From: Myxococcota bacterium
GTDB lineage: Bacteria; Myxococcota_A; UBA9160; PR03
DNA length: 60,240 bases
NCBI GenBank assembly: GCA_041611735.1
Contig: JBFIML010000026.1
Location: 1 to 60,240 of the forward strand
Direction: 5' to 3'
In this document: piece after piece, positions 18,612-28,287 of the stretch
How positions within the stretch are numbered: the stretch's first letter is position 1
Layout: every line of letters begins with the position of its first letter
Position numbers and translations under genes: made by a program
The notes under the pieces: generated by a model
Told to the model about the DNA's origin: nothing
Seen by the model: the letters and a program-made list of their open reading frames with translations, nothing else
The model's database searches: none

Positions 18612-19733
18612 TCAGAGGGCGGCCAGGAGGGTCGCCACCCGCTCGCCGATGGCCAGGGCGGCGGTCAGCCCCGGGGACTCGATGCCGATCAGGCTCACGA
18701 GACCCGGCAGACCCGCGTCCGACTCCTCGGCGACGACGAAGTCCCGGAACGCCTCGCCCGGCGCTGCCAGGCGAGGACGCACCCCCGCGTAATCCGGGCT
18801 GAGCCACGAGGTCTGCACCCGGGGCAGGTAGCGTCGCACCGCCGCGCCGAAGCGCTCCGCCTTGGCGGGGTCCACGTCGTAGCGGGGTCGGTCCACGTAC
18901 TCGGCATCCGGCCCGAAGCGGATGCGGCCGCCCAGGTCCACGGTGGCGTGGATGCCCAGCCCGGCAGCGGCAGGCACGGGGTAGACGAGCCGGCTGAGAC
19001 GCAGCGGCGCGCCGGGCGCCAGGGCGAAGTAGTCCCCCTTGCAGGGGTGGATGCGGTAGCCGCAGGCATCCGGGTCGAGCCCCGCCAGGGCGGCCACCCG
19101 GTCCGATTCGAGGCCGGCGGCATTCACCACCGCCGCGGCGATCAGTCTGGCAGGCGCCCCATCGGCGTCGCCCACGCCCAGGCGCCACAGCCCGCCCACC
19201 AGGGAAAGCTCCCGCACCTCCGCGCGCAGGACCAGGGTCGCGCCGCGGGCCTCCGCCTCGGCGGCCAGGGAGGCGCACAAGGCGTGCCCGTCCACCACCC
19301 CCGAGCTGGGGGAGAACAGCGCGGCCCGGGCCCGCAACTCCGGCTCCAGGCGGCGCGCCCCGGGCTCGTCCAGGATCTCCAGGTCGGGTGCACCGTTGCA
19401 CGTGCCACGCCGGCACAGCTCCTCCAGGACCGGGAGCTCCGAGGGGTCCGTGGCCACGACGAGCTTGCCGCAGCGGCGGTGGGGAATGCCGAGCCGCGCG
19501 CAACGGGCATAGAGCGCCTCGCGGCCGGCCACGCACAGCTCCGCCTTGAGCGAACCCGGCGGGTAGTAGAGGCCAGCGTGGATCACCTCGCTGTTGCGGC
19601 TCGTGACCTCGCGGCCGAGCCCGTCGTGACGCTCGATCACCACCACCGCGCGGCCGCGGCGGGCGACGGCCGCCGCGGCGGCCAGTCCGACCACGCCGCC
19701 ACCGATCACCACGACGTCGGCCTCGGTCTTCAC
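18612..19733 (-). CDS. FAD-dependent oxidoreductase, L-2-hydroxyglutarate oxidase (LhgO)-like
   Basis: IGGGVVG, TSRNSEVIHAGLYY, FGPDAE, GIESPGLTA. Confidence 0.88.
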   Translation of the reverse strand: MKTEADVVVIGGGVVGLAAAAAVARRGRAVVVIERHDGLGREVTSRNSEVIHAGLYYPPGSLKAELCVAGREALYARCARLGIPHRRCGKLVVATDPSELPVLEELCRRGTCNGAPDLEILDEPGARRLEPELRARAALFSPSSGVVDGHALCASLAAEAEARGATLVLRAEVRELSLVGGLWRLGVGDADGAPARLIAAAVVNAAGLESDRVAALAGLDPDACGYRIHPCKGDYFALAPGAPLRLSRLVYPVPAAAGLGIHATVDLGGRIRFGPDAEYVDRPRYDVDPAKAERFGAAVRRYLPRVQTSWLSPDYAGVRPRLAAPGEAFRDFVVAEESDAGLPGLVSLIGIESPGLTAALAIGERVATLLAAL

Positions 19734-19770
19734 GGGGCGGCCCCACCACGGGGAAGCGGAGCGGAAGGCA

Positions 19771-20706
19771 TCAGAAGCTTGCGCCGAACTCCCGTTCGAA
19801 GCGCTCGCGCAGCGCGGCGACGTTCGCGGATACGCTCTGGGTGCCTTCCTGCTCCACCGTGAGGGAGCCGAGCAGGCTTCCCAGGCGGCCGGCGGTCTCG
19901 AAGGGCAGCCCGCGGGCACGCCCGTAGAGCAGGCCTGCCCGGTACGCATCGCCGCACCCGGTCGGGTCCACCACCCGGGCCGCCGCCACCGGGGGAATCT
20001 CGATGCTCCGCCCTGCTTCGTGGATGGTGGAGCCGTGGGCGCCGCGGGTCACCACCACGGCGCCCGCACGCCGAGCGATCGCAGCCTCGTCGAGACGGGT
20101 CCGCTCCAGCGTGAGCGCCCACTCGTAGTCGTTCACCACGTAGATGGCGGCCCCGTCCAGCAGCTCGAGCAGCTCCTTGCCTTCCAGGGTGGGAAGCTGC
20201 TGTCCCGGATCGATCACCACCGGGACCCCGCGCTCCTTCAGGTCGCGGGCGTACTGCTGCATGGCGCGCTTGCCGTTGGGCGCCACGATGGCCAGGTCCA
20301 CCGGCCCGTCGACCCCGTCGAGCGGGGCCTCGTGGGCACGCTCCATGGCTCCGGCGTGGAAGGCGGTGATCTGGTTGTCGTCCAGGTCCGTGGTGATGAA
20401 GCCCTGGGCGGTGTTCTCGTCCTCCAGGATGCGGATCCAGTCCCGGCGGATGGCATGCCGCTCGAGCCAGTCCGCGTAGGGCCCGAAGTCGTGGCCCGCG
20501 GTGGCGAGCAGGATCGGATCCTCGCCGAGCATCCGCAGGTTGTAGGCGATGTTGCCGGCGGTCCCCCCGAAGTGACGCCGTAGCCGGGGGACCGGGAAGC
20601 AGACGTTCAGGATGTGAAGCCGGTCCGGGAGGATGTGGTTCCGGAAGCGGTCCGGGAACACCATGATGTGATCGATGGCCAGGGAGCCGGTCACCAGGAT
20701 CGACAT
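19771..20706 (-). CDS. PfkB family carbohydrate/nucleoside kinase (adenosine kinase-like)
   Basis: GSLAIDHIM, GGTAGNIAY, DPTGCGDAYRAG. Confidence 0.9.
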   Translation of the reverse strand: MSILVTGSLAIDHIMVFPDRFRNHILPDRLHILNVCFPVPRLRRHFGGTAGNIAYNLRMLGEDPILLATAGHDFGPYADWLERHAIRRDWIRILEDENTAQGFITTDLDDNQITAFHAGAMERAHEAPLDGVDGPVDLAIVAPNGKRAMQQYARDLKERGVPVVIDPGQQLPTLEGKELLELLDGAAIYVVNDYEWALTLERTRLDEAAIARRAGAVVVTRGAHGSTIHEAGRSIEIPPVAAARVVDPTGCGDAYRAGLLYGRARGLPFETAGRLGSLLGSLTVEQEGTQSVSANVAALRERFEREFGASF

Positions 20707-20779
20707 GGGGACCTCCGATCGCCGAGTCTGGCCATCTGGCGCGCCAGCGTCAACCGGCCAGGTGATAGACTAGGGGGCC

Positions 20780-21646
20780 ATGCGCATCGCCGACATGTAC
20801 CGCCGCGGAAGCCCCGTGGTCTCCTTCGAGTTCTTCCCGCCCAAGACGGAGACGGGCTATGCGGCCCTGTTCCGCACCATCGCGGACCTCAAGCGGCTCG
20901 ATCCCTCCTTCGTGTCCGTCACCTGGGGCGCGGGCGGCTCCACCCGGCGTCGCACCATCGAGCTCGTGACCCGCATCCAGCAGGAGATCGGCATCACGGC
21001 CATGGCCCACTTCACGTGCGTGGGCTCCACCGCGGAGGATCTGGCGGAGAGCCTGGACCGCATGGAGCAGGCCGCGGTGGAGAACGTGCTCGCCCTGCGC
21101 GGCGACCCGCCCCGGGACCAGACCCGCTTCCAGCCCGTGCCCGGGGGCTTCTCCTACGCGAACGAGCTGGTCGCCTTCATCAAGAGCCGCTGGGGCTTCT
21201 GCGTGGGCGGCGCCTGCTACCCCGAGACCCATCCGGAGGCCCCCAGCCCCGAGGAGGACCTGCGCAGCCTGGTGCGCAAGGTGCAGAGCGGAGCCGAGTT
21301 CCTGATCACCCAGCTCTTCTTCGACAACCGCGACTTCTTCGCCTTCCGGGAGCGAGCCCGCAGCGCGGGCATCCAGGTACCGATCGTGCCGGGCATCATG
21401 CCCGTGACGAGCCACGCCAACATCAAGCGCATGGCTTCCCTGTGTGGCGCCCGCATCCCGGACGCCCTCGAGGACCGCCTCGCCGCGGCCGGAGACGACC
21501 CGGACCGCACCCTCGAAGTCGGGATCGCCTGGGCCACGCGGCAGTGCCGGGAGCTGTGGGCGGACGGCGTGCCGGGCTTCCACTTCTACACGCTCAACAA
21601 GTCGCCGGCGACGCGCCGGGTCTACGAGAGCCTGTTTCGCCCATGA
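20780..21646 (+). CDS. metF: 5,10-methylenetetrahydrofolate reductase
   Basis: SFEFFPPK, VTWGAGG, ALRGDPP, ITQLFFD, HFYTLN. Confidence 0.96.
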   Translation: MRIADMYRRGSPVVSFEFFPPKTETGYAALFRTIADLKRLDPSFVSVTWGAGGSTRRRTIELVTRIQQEIGITAMAHFTCVGSTAEDLAESLDRMEQAAVENVLALRGDPPRDQTRFQPVPGGFSYANELVAFIKSRWGFCVGGACYPETHPEAPSPEEDLRSLVRKVQSGAEFLITQLFFDNRDFFAFRERARSAGIQVPIVPGIMPVTSHANIKRMASLCGARIPDALEDRLAAAGDDPDRTLEVGIAWATRQCRELWADGVPGFHFYTLNKSPATRRVYESLFRP

Positions 21647-22272
21647 GTGGGACCCGCCGCATCGTGAACGTGGCCGTACTGCTCTCGGGGGAAGGCACCA
21701 GTCTCGAGAACCTGTGCGAGCGCATCGACGCGGGCGAGGTGCCGGCGCGGGTCGTCGTCGTGATCGCATCTCGCGAGAACGCGGGCGGCCTGGAGCGGGC
21801 CCGGCGTCGTGGCATCCCGGCCGTGGCCGTCCCCCGCAAGCGCCACCCGGACGTGCATGCCTTCAACGACGCCCTGCATGCCGAGTTGGCTCGTCACCCG
21901 GTGGACCTGGTGGCGCTGCTGGGCTTCCTGTCGATCTTCGAGCTGCGCGGCAAGTTCGAGGGTCGCACCCTGAACGTACACCCCGCCTTGATCCCCGCCT
22001 TCTCCGGCCGGGGCTTCTACGGCCGTCGCGTGCACGAGGCCGTGCTGGAGACGGGCGTCAAGCTGACCGGCGCCACGGTGCACTTCGCCGACGAGCGCTA
22101 CGACCACGGCCCCATCATCTTGCAGGAAGCGGTGCCCGTGTGCGACGACGACACTCCGGACACACTCGCAGCGCGGGTGCAGGCGCTCGAGCGCCGGCTG
22201 GTCCCGGAGGCGATCCGGTTGTTCGCCGAGGGACGCCTCGTGGTGGAAGGCCGCCGCGTCAGGATCCCGTAG
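21643..22272 (+). CDS. purN: Phosphoribosylglycinamide formyltransferase
   Basis: [26 protein letters not shown]...YDHGPII; ATGA overlap with metF. Confidence 0.94.
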   Translation: MSGTRRIVNVAVLLSGEGTSLENLCERIDAGEVPARVVVVIASRENAGGLERARRRGIPAVAVPRKRHPDVHAFNDALHAELARHPVDLVALLGFLSIFELRGKFEGRTLNVHPALIPAFSGRGFYGRRVHEAVLETGVKLTGATVHFADERYDHGPIILQEAVPVCDDDTPDTLAARVQALERRLVPEAIRLFAEGRLVVEGRRVRIP

Positions 22273-22654
22273 GACTTCGCTCGATCAGCTCGATCTTGTA
22301 GCCGTTCGGGTCCTCCAGGAAGGCGATCACCGTGGTGCCGTGCTTCATGGGGCCGGGCTCGCGCACGATCTTGCCGCCCGCACGACGGATGCGCTCGCAG
22401 GTGGCGTGCATGTCGTCCACGCCGACGGCCACGTGTCCGAAGGCGTTCCCGAGCTCGTAGTCGTGGACGTCCCAGTTGTGGGTGAGCTCGAGCACGGCCG
22501 TCTCGGACTCGTCGCCGTACCCCACGAAGGCCAGGGTGAAGCGGCCGCCCGGGTAGTCCTTCTTGCGCAGCAGCTTCATGCCGAGCACGTCGCAGTAGAA
22601 GCGCAGCGACGCGTCCAGGTCCATCACGCGCAGCATGGTGTGGAGCAGACGCAC
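22259..22654 (-). CDS. gloA: Lactoylglutathione lyase (glyoxalase I)
   Basis: [31 protein letters not shown]. Confidence 0.95.
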   Translation of the reverse strand: MRLLHTMLRVMDLDASLRFYCDVLGMKLLRKKDYPGGRFTLAFVGYGDESETAVLELTHNWDVHDYELGNAFGHVAVGVDDMHATCERIRRAGGKIVREPGPMKHGTTVIAFLEDPNGYKIELIERSPTGS

Positions 22655-22702
22655 GCCGGCAGTCTAGGCCAGGGCACGGCGGGTCGCGGCGCCGGACCCG
22701 GG

Positions 22703-22732
22703 TTGACAGCCATGCGAAGAAAAAGCGAAAAT
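22703..22732 (+). promoter_or_regulatory. imuA promoter with operator-like 21-mer ATGCGAAGAAAAAGCGAAAAT
   Basis: TTGACA (22703-22708), 18 nt, GAAAAT. The 21-mer is 18/21 identical to the one upstream of dnaE2. Confidence 0.75.
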
Positions 22733-22737
22733 AAGGC

Positions 22738-23634
22738 GTGCCCCCGGGTCCCCACCCCCCTGCCGTGCCGGCCCGTGCGCCCGGAAGGGCGCCCGGGCCG
22801 GCGCGGGCCGAGCGGCTCGCAGCCCTGGTGCGCGACCTGGGGGATCGGATCCGCCCGGGAGGCCCCCGGGAGGAGACGCCGGGACGTCTGCCCACGGGGA
22901 TCCCCGACCTGGACCGTCTGCTGGCGGGAGGGCTCCCCCGCGGACGTCTCGCGGAGATCACCGGCGGCCCCGGCTCGGGCCGCACCGCCCTCGCCCTCAC
23001 GCTGCTCTCCGAGGCGACCCGTGGCGGAGAGACGGTGGCCGTGGTGGACGCCGCCGACGCCTTCGACCCGGTTTCGGCCACCGCGGCAGGGGTCGAGCTC
23101 CCCCGGGTGCTCTGGGTGCGCGCTCCGGGCTTGCGCGAGGCCCTGCGCAGCAGCGAACGCCTGCTCGAGGCCCGCGGCTTCGCCCTGGTGCTGCTGGACC
23201 TGTGCGGAGAGGGCCTCGGCCCGCGCGCGCGGGCGAGCGCCCGCGCGCGCAGCGAGGCGCAGCCGAGCGAAGTCCTCCGGCCGGGAGCCTCCGCGCCGCG
23301 CGGCAGTCCCGACCCGCGTCGCCTCGCAAGCCGGCGCCTTGCGCCGGCGCGCAGCGAGGCGCAGCCGAGCGAAGCTCCCTCGGTCTGGATGCGCCTGGCA
23401 CGACGCGCTCGAGCGACCGGCACGGTGCTCGTGCTCCTCACTCCCGTCCGTCGGGTCGCCACCTGCGCCGCCGTCGCGATCGAGATGCAGGCGGAGCCAG
23501 CGCGTTTCGTCGGACCGCCGGACTGGCTCGACGGTCTGGACGCGCGGCTGGTCCTGACGCGCAGCCGCTGCGGCCCGATCGGAGGCGAGACCGTGCTGCA
23601 GCTCCGCAGCGACCTCGCCAAGGACGCGACGTAG
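22738..23634 (+). CDS. imuA: ImuA (RecA-like mutasome accessory protein) with internal insertion
   Basis: PTGIPDLDRLLAGGLPRGRLAEITGGPGSGRT (Walker A K to R), VDAADAFDP, LVLLDL; directly upstream of imuB. Confidence 0.85.
   Translation: MPPGPHPPAVPARAPGRAPGPARAERLAALVRDLGDRIRPGGPREETPGRLPTGIPDLDRLLAGGLPRGRLAEITGGPGSGRTALALTLLSEATRGGETVAVVDAADAFDPVSATAAGVELPRVLWVRAPGLREALRSSERLLEARGFALVLLDLCGEGLGPRARASARARSEAQPSEVLRPGASAPRGSPDPRRLASRRLAPARSEAQPSEAPSVWMRLARRARATGTVLVLLTPVRRVATCAAVAIEMQAEPARFVGPPDWLDGLDARLVLTRSRCGPIGGETVLQLRSDLAKDAT
23245..23374 (+). repeat. Two identical 28-bp direct repeats inside imuA (23245-23272 and 23347-23374)
   Basis: GCGCGCAGCGAGGCGCAGCCGAGCGAAG twice, 102 nt apart, both encoding ARSEAQPSE. 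Confidence 0.9.
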
Positions 23635-23649
23635 CGCCCGGGGGACGCG

Positions 23650-25176
23650 GTGGTGCGCATCGGGTGCCTGCTGGTTCCCGACCTCCCCCTGGTGGCGGAG
23701 CTGCGGGCCCATCCGGAGCTCGACGGGCTTCCCCTGGCCGTGCTCTCGGAGCCCGGAGCCCGCGCCACGGTGCTGGCCGCCTCGCCAGAGGCCGTACGCG
23801 CCGGTGTGCACCCGGGCCAGTCCCTACTCCATGCGCGCGCCGTGTGCGCCGAGCTGCGGGTGCGCACGGCCTCTCCCGCCCTGGAACGGGCGGCGCAACG
23901 GGCGTTGCTCGACGTGGCACTCTCCGCGTCGCCGCGCGCCGCCGCGTCGCCGTCCGGCACCGGAGCCCACGGCGGCGAGGCGAGCGTCCTGCTCGACGCC
24001 GCAGGGGGGACCACACTCTTCGGCTCCGAAGCAGGGCTCGCCGGCGCGCTCACCGCCCGGGGCGCCGCCGTGGGTCTTCCGGCCGTGGCTAGCGTGGCCT
24101 CCTCACGCTTCCTCGCACGGCTCGCGGCCCGGTGTCTGGCCATCGAAGCGGAGCGCGGCAGCGTACGCGTCCTGACGCCAGACCAGGAGGCCGACTTCCT
24201 GGCGCCGCTTCCCGTCGATCTGCTCGATCCCGACGACGCACTCGCCGAGGCGCTCACTCGCCTCGGAATCCATCGCCTCGGCCAGCTGCTGGCGCTCCCC
24301 CGTCGGGCCCTCGCGACACGCCTGGGCCCGGGCGTGCAACGCCTCGTGGCCCGCTTGCGCGGCGAGGAGCACGAGCCCCTGCTGCCCCCTCCGCGCGACC
24401 GGCGTCTCAGCGAGGCGATCGAGCTGGAGGCTCCGGTGGAGCGCCTGGAGCCGCTCGCCTTCGTGCTGCGCGGCCTGCTGGCGCGGCTGCTGGCGCGCCT
24501 CAGCCTGCGGAGCCTCGCCTGCGGCGAGCTCGACCTCACCCTTGCGCTCGCCGACGGCGGCCGCGAGACACGCCGGCTCGGCCTGGCCGCCCCCACCCTG
24601 GACGCCCGCGTCCTGCTGCGACGCCTGCGCTTCGCCCTCGAGAGCGCCCCACCGCCCGCCGCCGTCGAGGGTGTGGGGCTCGCCACCGAGGGACAACCGC
24701 TGCGCGGCGATCAGCTCGACCTGTTCCGTCCGGCGGGCCCGGCTCCCGCCGAGCTCGATGCCCTGCTCGCCGAGCTCGAGGCGCTCTGCGGTCCCGGCCG
24801 CGTGGGGTCGCCGCGCGTCGCCGACGACCTGCGTCCCGACGCCTTCGACATGGGTGGGTTTCGGCCCGCTGCGGGGTGCTTGGCAACGCTACCGAGCGAT
24901 CCTCCCGGGCCGCGGCTGGCCGCCCGGGCTCTGCGCCCCCCGGTTCCCGCCGAGGTGCGGCTCCGTTCCGGGCGTCCCCGCTGGCTCCGGAGCGCCGTGG
25001 CCAACGGCGAGGTGGTGCACTGTGCGGGGCCCTGGCGCACCGCGGGCGGCTGGTGGTGCGCCGAAACGGGCTTCGACTTCGACCACTTCGACGTGCAGAC
25101 GAGCGACGGACTGCTCGTCCGGCTCCGCTGCGACCGCCGGCGGCACGCCTGGCAGGTGGACGCCGTCTACGACTGA
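23650..25176 (+). CDS. imuB: ImuB (inactive Y-family polymerase homolog)
   Basis: Y-family fold without the DxD catalytic motif, QLDLF beta-clamp motif, C-terminal GPWR..GGWW..D.FDV...YD. Confidence 0.88.
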   Translation: MVRIGCLLVPDLPLVAELRAHPELDGLPLAVLSEPGARATVLAASPEAVRAGVHPGQSLLHARAVCAELRVRTASPALERAAQRALLDVALSASPRAAASPSGTGAHGGEASVLLDAAGGTTLFGSEAGLAGALTARGAAVGLPAVASVASSRFLARLAARCLAIEAERGSVRVLTPDQEADFLAPLPVDLLDPDDALAEALTRLGIHRLGQLLALPRRALATRLGPGVQRLVARLRGEEHEPLLPPPRDRRLSEAIELEAPVERLEPLAFVLRGLLARLLARLSLRSLACGELDLTLALADGGRETRRLGLAAPTLDARVLLRRLRFALESAPPPAAVEGVGLATEGQPLRGDQLDLFRPAGPAPAELDALLAELEALCGPGRVGSPRVADDLRPDAFDMGGFRPAAGCLATLPSDPPGPRLAARALRPPVPAEVRLRSGRPRWLRSAVANGEVVHCAGPWRTAGGWWCAETGFDFDHFDVQTSDGLLVRLRCDRRRHAWQVDAVYD

Positions 25177-25216
25177 CCCTTGCCCTCCGCGCGTGACGTC
25201 GCTAAAAGCAGGAGCC

Positions 25217-25837
25217 ATGGCCCACCCCTCCCGCCTGATCAAGCGCCGCCGCCGCGCGGCCGACGACCCGCGCCTGCTCTTCTTCCGCAGCTTCCTGAGA
25301 AGCCCCAAGGAGGTCGGCTCCATCATCCCGAGCTCGCGCTTCCTGGAGCGACGCGTGGTCCGCAGCGCGGAGGTCGGAAGCGCCCGCAGCCTGGTGGAGC
25401 TGGGACCCGGCACGGGCGGCACGACCCGCGCCCTGCTCTCCGCCATGGCGCCGGACGCACGCCTGCTCTCCATCGAGATCAACCCGCGGCTCTCGAGCCT
25501 GGTGCGCACCCGCAACCCGGATCCGCGTCTCCTGGTGTACACCGGGAGCGCCGAGGACATCGCCAAGGCACTGACGGAGACGGGCCTCCCGGCCCCCGAC
25601 GTGGTGCTGTCGGGCATCCCCTTCTCGACGCTCCCGCGCCTGGTGGCCCTCGACATCCTGCGTGCGGTGCGCGACGTGCTCGTGCCCGGCGGGCGCTTCG
25701 TGGCCTATCAGGTGCGCGACCGCGTGGCCGTACTCGGACGACAGGTGTTCGGCCGCCCGAGCACCGAGACGGAGCTGCGCAACGTCCCCCCCATGCGGGT
25801 CTACCGCTTCGAGAAGCCCGCCGCCGAGCGGGTCTAG
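25217..25837 (+). CDS. Class I SAM-dependent methyltransferase (phospholipid N-methyltransferase-like)
   Basis: GSIIPSSRFL, VELGPGTGG, VLSGIPF, GGRFVAYQ; AGGAG SD. Confidence 0.85.
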   Translation: MAHPSRLIKRRRRAADDPRLLFFRSFLRSPKEVGSIIPSSRFLERRVVRSAEVGSARSLVELGPGTGGTTRALLSAMAPDARLLSIEINPRLSSLVRTRNPDPRLLVYTGSAEDIAKALTETGLPAPDVVLSGIPFSTLPRLVALDILRAVRDVLVPGGRFVAYQVRDRVAVLGRQVFGRPSTETELRNVPPMRVYRFEKPAAERV

Positions 25838-27087
25838 CCCGGCTCTTCGTCGCGCTCCCGCTCGTCCCCGCGCTTGTTCTGCCAAGTGAGGCCCGCGCGC
25901 GCCGGTTCGCGGGCTCCGGCGCGGACCACCGCCTCCCCGCCGAAGCGGGCTGCGATCGCGTCGAGGGCGCGGTTCAGGCGCGAACGGCGGGCCGCCTCGC
26001 CGGGGGCAGCGAAGAGCCCGAGCTGGCCGCGCCCCACCCGGACGAGTCCGGTCACGCCCACACCAAGCAGGCGCACGGGCTCCTGCGGGACCTGCTCGAG
26101 CAGGTCGCACGCCGCCTCGCCGATGCGTCCGCCGTCCTCGGTGGGCTCCGCCAGGGTCCGGCGACGCGTGAGGAGCGGATGGCCCCGCCGTCCCGCTCCA
26201 CGCCGCCCACCGAGCTTCACCTTGACCACCACGGTCTGTGCGGTCAGACCGGCACGGCGTAGCCGTCGTGCCACCGCGTCCGCGTGCGCGAGTAGGGTCG
26301 CCCGCAGCCGTTCGGGGTCGCTCACGTCCTCCTCGAACGTGTTCTCCTCGCTGAGCGAGACCGGATCCCGGTCCGGCTCCACCGGGCGCCGGTCCTCGCC
26401 CCGGGCGAGACGCGCCAGCTCGAACCCCAGGCTCCCGAGCAGCGCCCCGAGCCGCTCCGGCTCCGCCCGGGCGAGGTCACCCAGCGTGGCGAAGCCTGCC
26501 CCGCGCAGACGCGCCTCGGCCACGGGTCCCACGCCCCACAACCGGCCCACGGGCAGCGGATCCAGAAAGGCGCGCGTCGCCTCCGGCGGCACCTCGACCA
26601 GGCCATCGGGCTTCGCGGCCTGGCTGGCGAGCTTTGCCACCATCTTGTTGGCGGCGATCCCCACCGAGACGGGCAGATCGAGCTCCCGTCTCGCCATCGC
26701 GCGCAGGCGCACGCCCACTTCTCGCGCAGGGCCGAACAGCCTTTGCGTCCCGGTGAGGTCCAGGAAGGCCTCGTCGAGGGAGAGTCCCTCCACGCGCGGC
26801 GTGAAGCGCCGGAAGATCTCGAAGAGGCGTCTCGACTCCCGCGTGTACTTCCTCATGTCGCCGCGCAGGAACACGCCCTCGGGACAGCGGCGCCGCGCCT
26901 GGGCCGTCGGCATGGCGGAGTGCACTCCGTAGCGACGCGCCTCGTAGCTGGCGGCCGACACCACGCCCCGATCCGAGAGGCCTCCCACGATCACGGGCCG
27001 GCCCCGCAGCTCGGGGCGATCCCGCTGCTCTATGGACGCGTAGAAGGCGTCCATGTCGGCGTGCAGGATGACACGGGGAGCCGACAC
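25834..27087 (-). CDS. dinB: DNA polymerase IV
   Basis: HADMDAFYASIE, SYEAR, LSLDEAFLD, KPDG, QLGLF clamp motif. Confidence 0.95.
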   Translation of the reverse strand: MSAPRVILHADMDAFYASIEQRDRPELRGRPVIVGGLSDRGVVSAASYEARRYGVHSAMPTAQARRRCPEGVFLRGDMRKYTRESRRLFEIFRRFTPRVEGLSLDEAFLDLTGTQRLFGPAREVGVRLRAMARRELDLPVSVGIAANKMVAKLASQAAKPDGLVEVPPEATRAFLDPLPVGRLWGVGPVAEARLRGAGFATLGDLARAEPERLGALLGSLGFELARLARGEDRRPVEPDRDPVSLSEENTFEEDVSDPERLRATLLAHADAVARRLRRAGLTAQTVVVKVKLGGRRGAGRRGHPLLTRRRTLAEPTEDGGRIGEAACDLLEQVPQEPVRLLGVGVTGLVRVGRGQLGLFAAPGEAARRSRLNRALDAIAARFGGEAVVRAGAREPARAGLTWQNKRGDERERDEEPG

Positions 27088-27176
27088 CTGAGCCCTCGTC
27101 GCGTGCGCGTCACCGCCGCGCTGCGAGAGAGCCTATGCTTTCCCGAGGCCCCGAACAACGGGCCGAGGGAGTCGCG

Positions 27177-28229
27177 ATGGATCGGGAGGTCGTGCGCGCG
27201 TTCATGGAGCGATTCATGGACATGACCACCCACGCCGCCCTGCTCGGCGTGGTCGGCGCCGCGGACCGGGCGGGCCTGTTCCGTGCGCTGCAGGGCGCGG
27301 GAGCCCTGCCCTTGGAGGCGATCGCGGCGCGCAGCGGCCTGGACCCGCGCTACCTGCGCGAGGCGCTGGCGGCGCTGGCCGCCGGCGGCTTCCTGCGCTT
27401 CGACCCGGACGCCGCGACCTATGCCCTGCCCGACGAGCACGCCGTCTGCCTCGCCGACGAGTCGAGTCCCTGGTGCCTGGTGGGCTGGACGCAGATCCTC
27501 GGCGCCCTCTACCGGGCCGTCCCAGCGGTGTCGCGCGCCTTCCGGGAGGGAGGCGGCGTCTCCTACGAGCAGTTCGGCGAGGACATGGTGGAGGGCATCG
27601 ATCGTGCCAACGGCCCCGGCACGCGGATCCTGCTCACCCGCCGCTGGCTGCCGGCCATGCCGCAGATGGTGGAGACGCTCGAGCGGGGCGGCCGCGTGGC
27701 GGACGTGGGCTGCGGCTCCGGGACGGCGGCGCTGGCCCTGGCCCAGGCCTTCCCCCGCTCCGTCGTGACGGGCTACGACGTGGACCTGCGCTCCATCGAA
27801 CGGGCCCGGGCGGCGGCCTCCGAAACCGGCCTCGCCAACGTACGCTTCGAACGGGTGGCCGCCGAGTCCCTGCCCACCCGCCCGGGCTTCGACCTGGTGC
27901 TGGCCTTCGACGTGATCCACGACCTCGTGAATCCGCGCGCCGCCCTACGCCGCATCCGGCTCTCCCTGCGGCCCGCGGGCAGCTTCCTCCTGGTGGAGCC
28001 GGCGGCGGGCGACAGCCTGGAGGAGAACCTGGATGCCCACGGCGCTCTCCTGTACGCCCTGAGCACGCTGCACTGCACCACCGTCTCCCTGGCCCACGGC
28101 GGCGAGGGGCTCGGCGCAGCCTGGGGACCGAAGCGGGCGGAGGCGCTCTGCCGCCAGGCGGGCTTCACGCGCTTCCGCCGCCTCGCCATCGAGAATCCCT
28201 TCCACGCCTTCTACGAGGTCGCAGCCTAG
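27177..28229 (+). CDS. Class I SAM-dependent methyltransferase with N-terminal winged helix (Rv2258c-like)
   Basis: RYLREAL wHTH, VADVGCGSG, FDVIHD, HCTTVSLAHGGEGLG. Confidence 0.85.
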   Translation: MDREVVRAFMERFMDMTTHAALLGVVGAADRAGLFRALQGAGALPLEAIAARSGLDPRYLREALAALAAGGFLRFDPDAATYALPDEHAVCLADESSPWCLVGWTQILGALYRAVPAVSRAFREGGGVSYEQFGEDMVEGIDRANGPGTRILLTRRWLPAMPQMVETLERGGRVADVGCGSGTAALALAQAFPRSVVTGYDVDLRSIERARAAASETGLANVRFERVAAESLPTRPGFDLVLAFDVIHDLVNPRAALRRIRLSLRPAGSFLLVEPAAGDSLEENLDAHGALLYALSTLHCTTVSLAHGGEGLGAAWGPKRAEALCRQAGFTRFRRLAIENPFHAFYEVAA

Positions 28230-28287
28230 CGGCGAGGCTCCTGCCGCCCGCTGTGCCGCGGGATGCGTCGCGGTATGGTCCCGCGCC

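Noticed and set aside
20707-20779. SAM/SAH riboswitch before metF
   Set aside because: Only 73 nt shared with a divergent gene; the -10 lies 8 nt from the ATG, leaving no room
23245-23374. 28-bp repeats as a mini CRISPR array
   Set aside because: Only two copies, 74-nt spacer, in frame within a gene, and no cas genes
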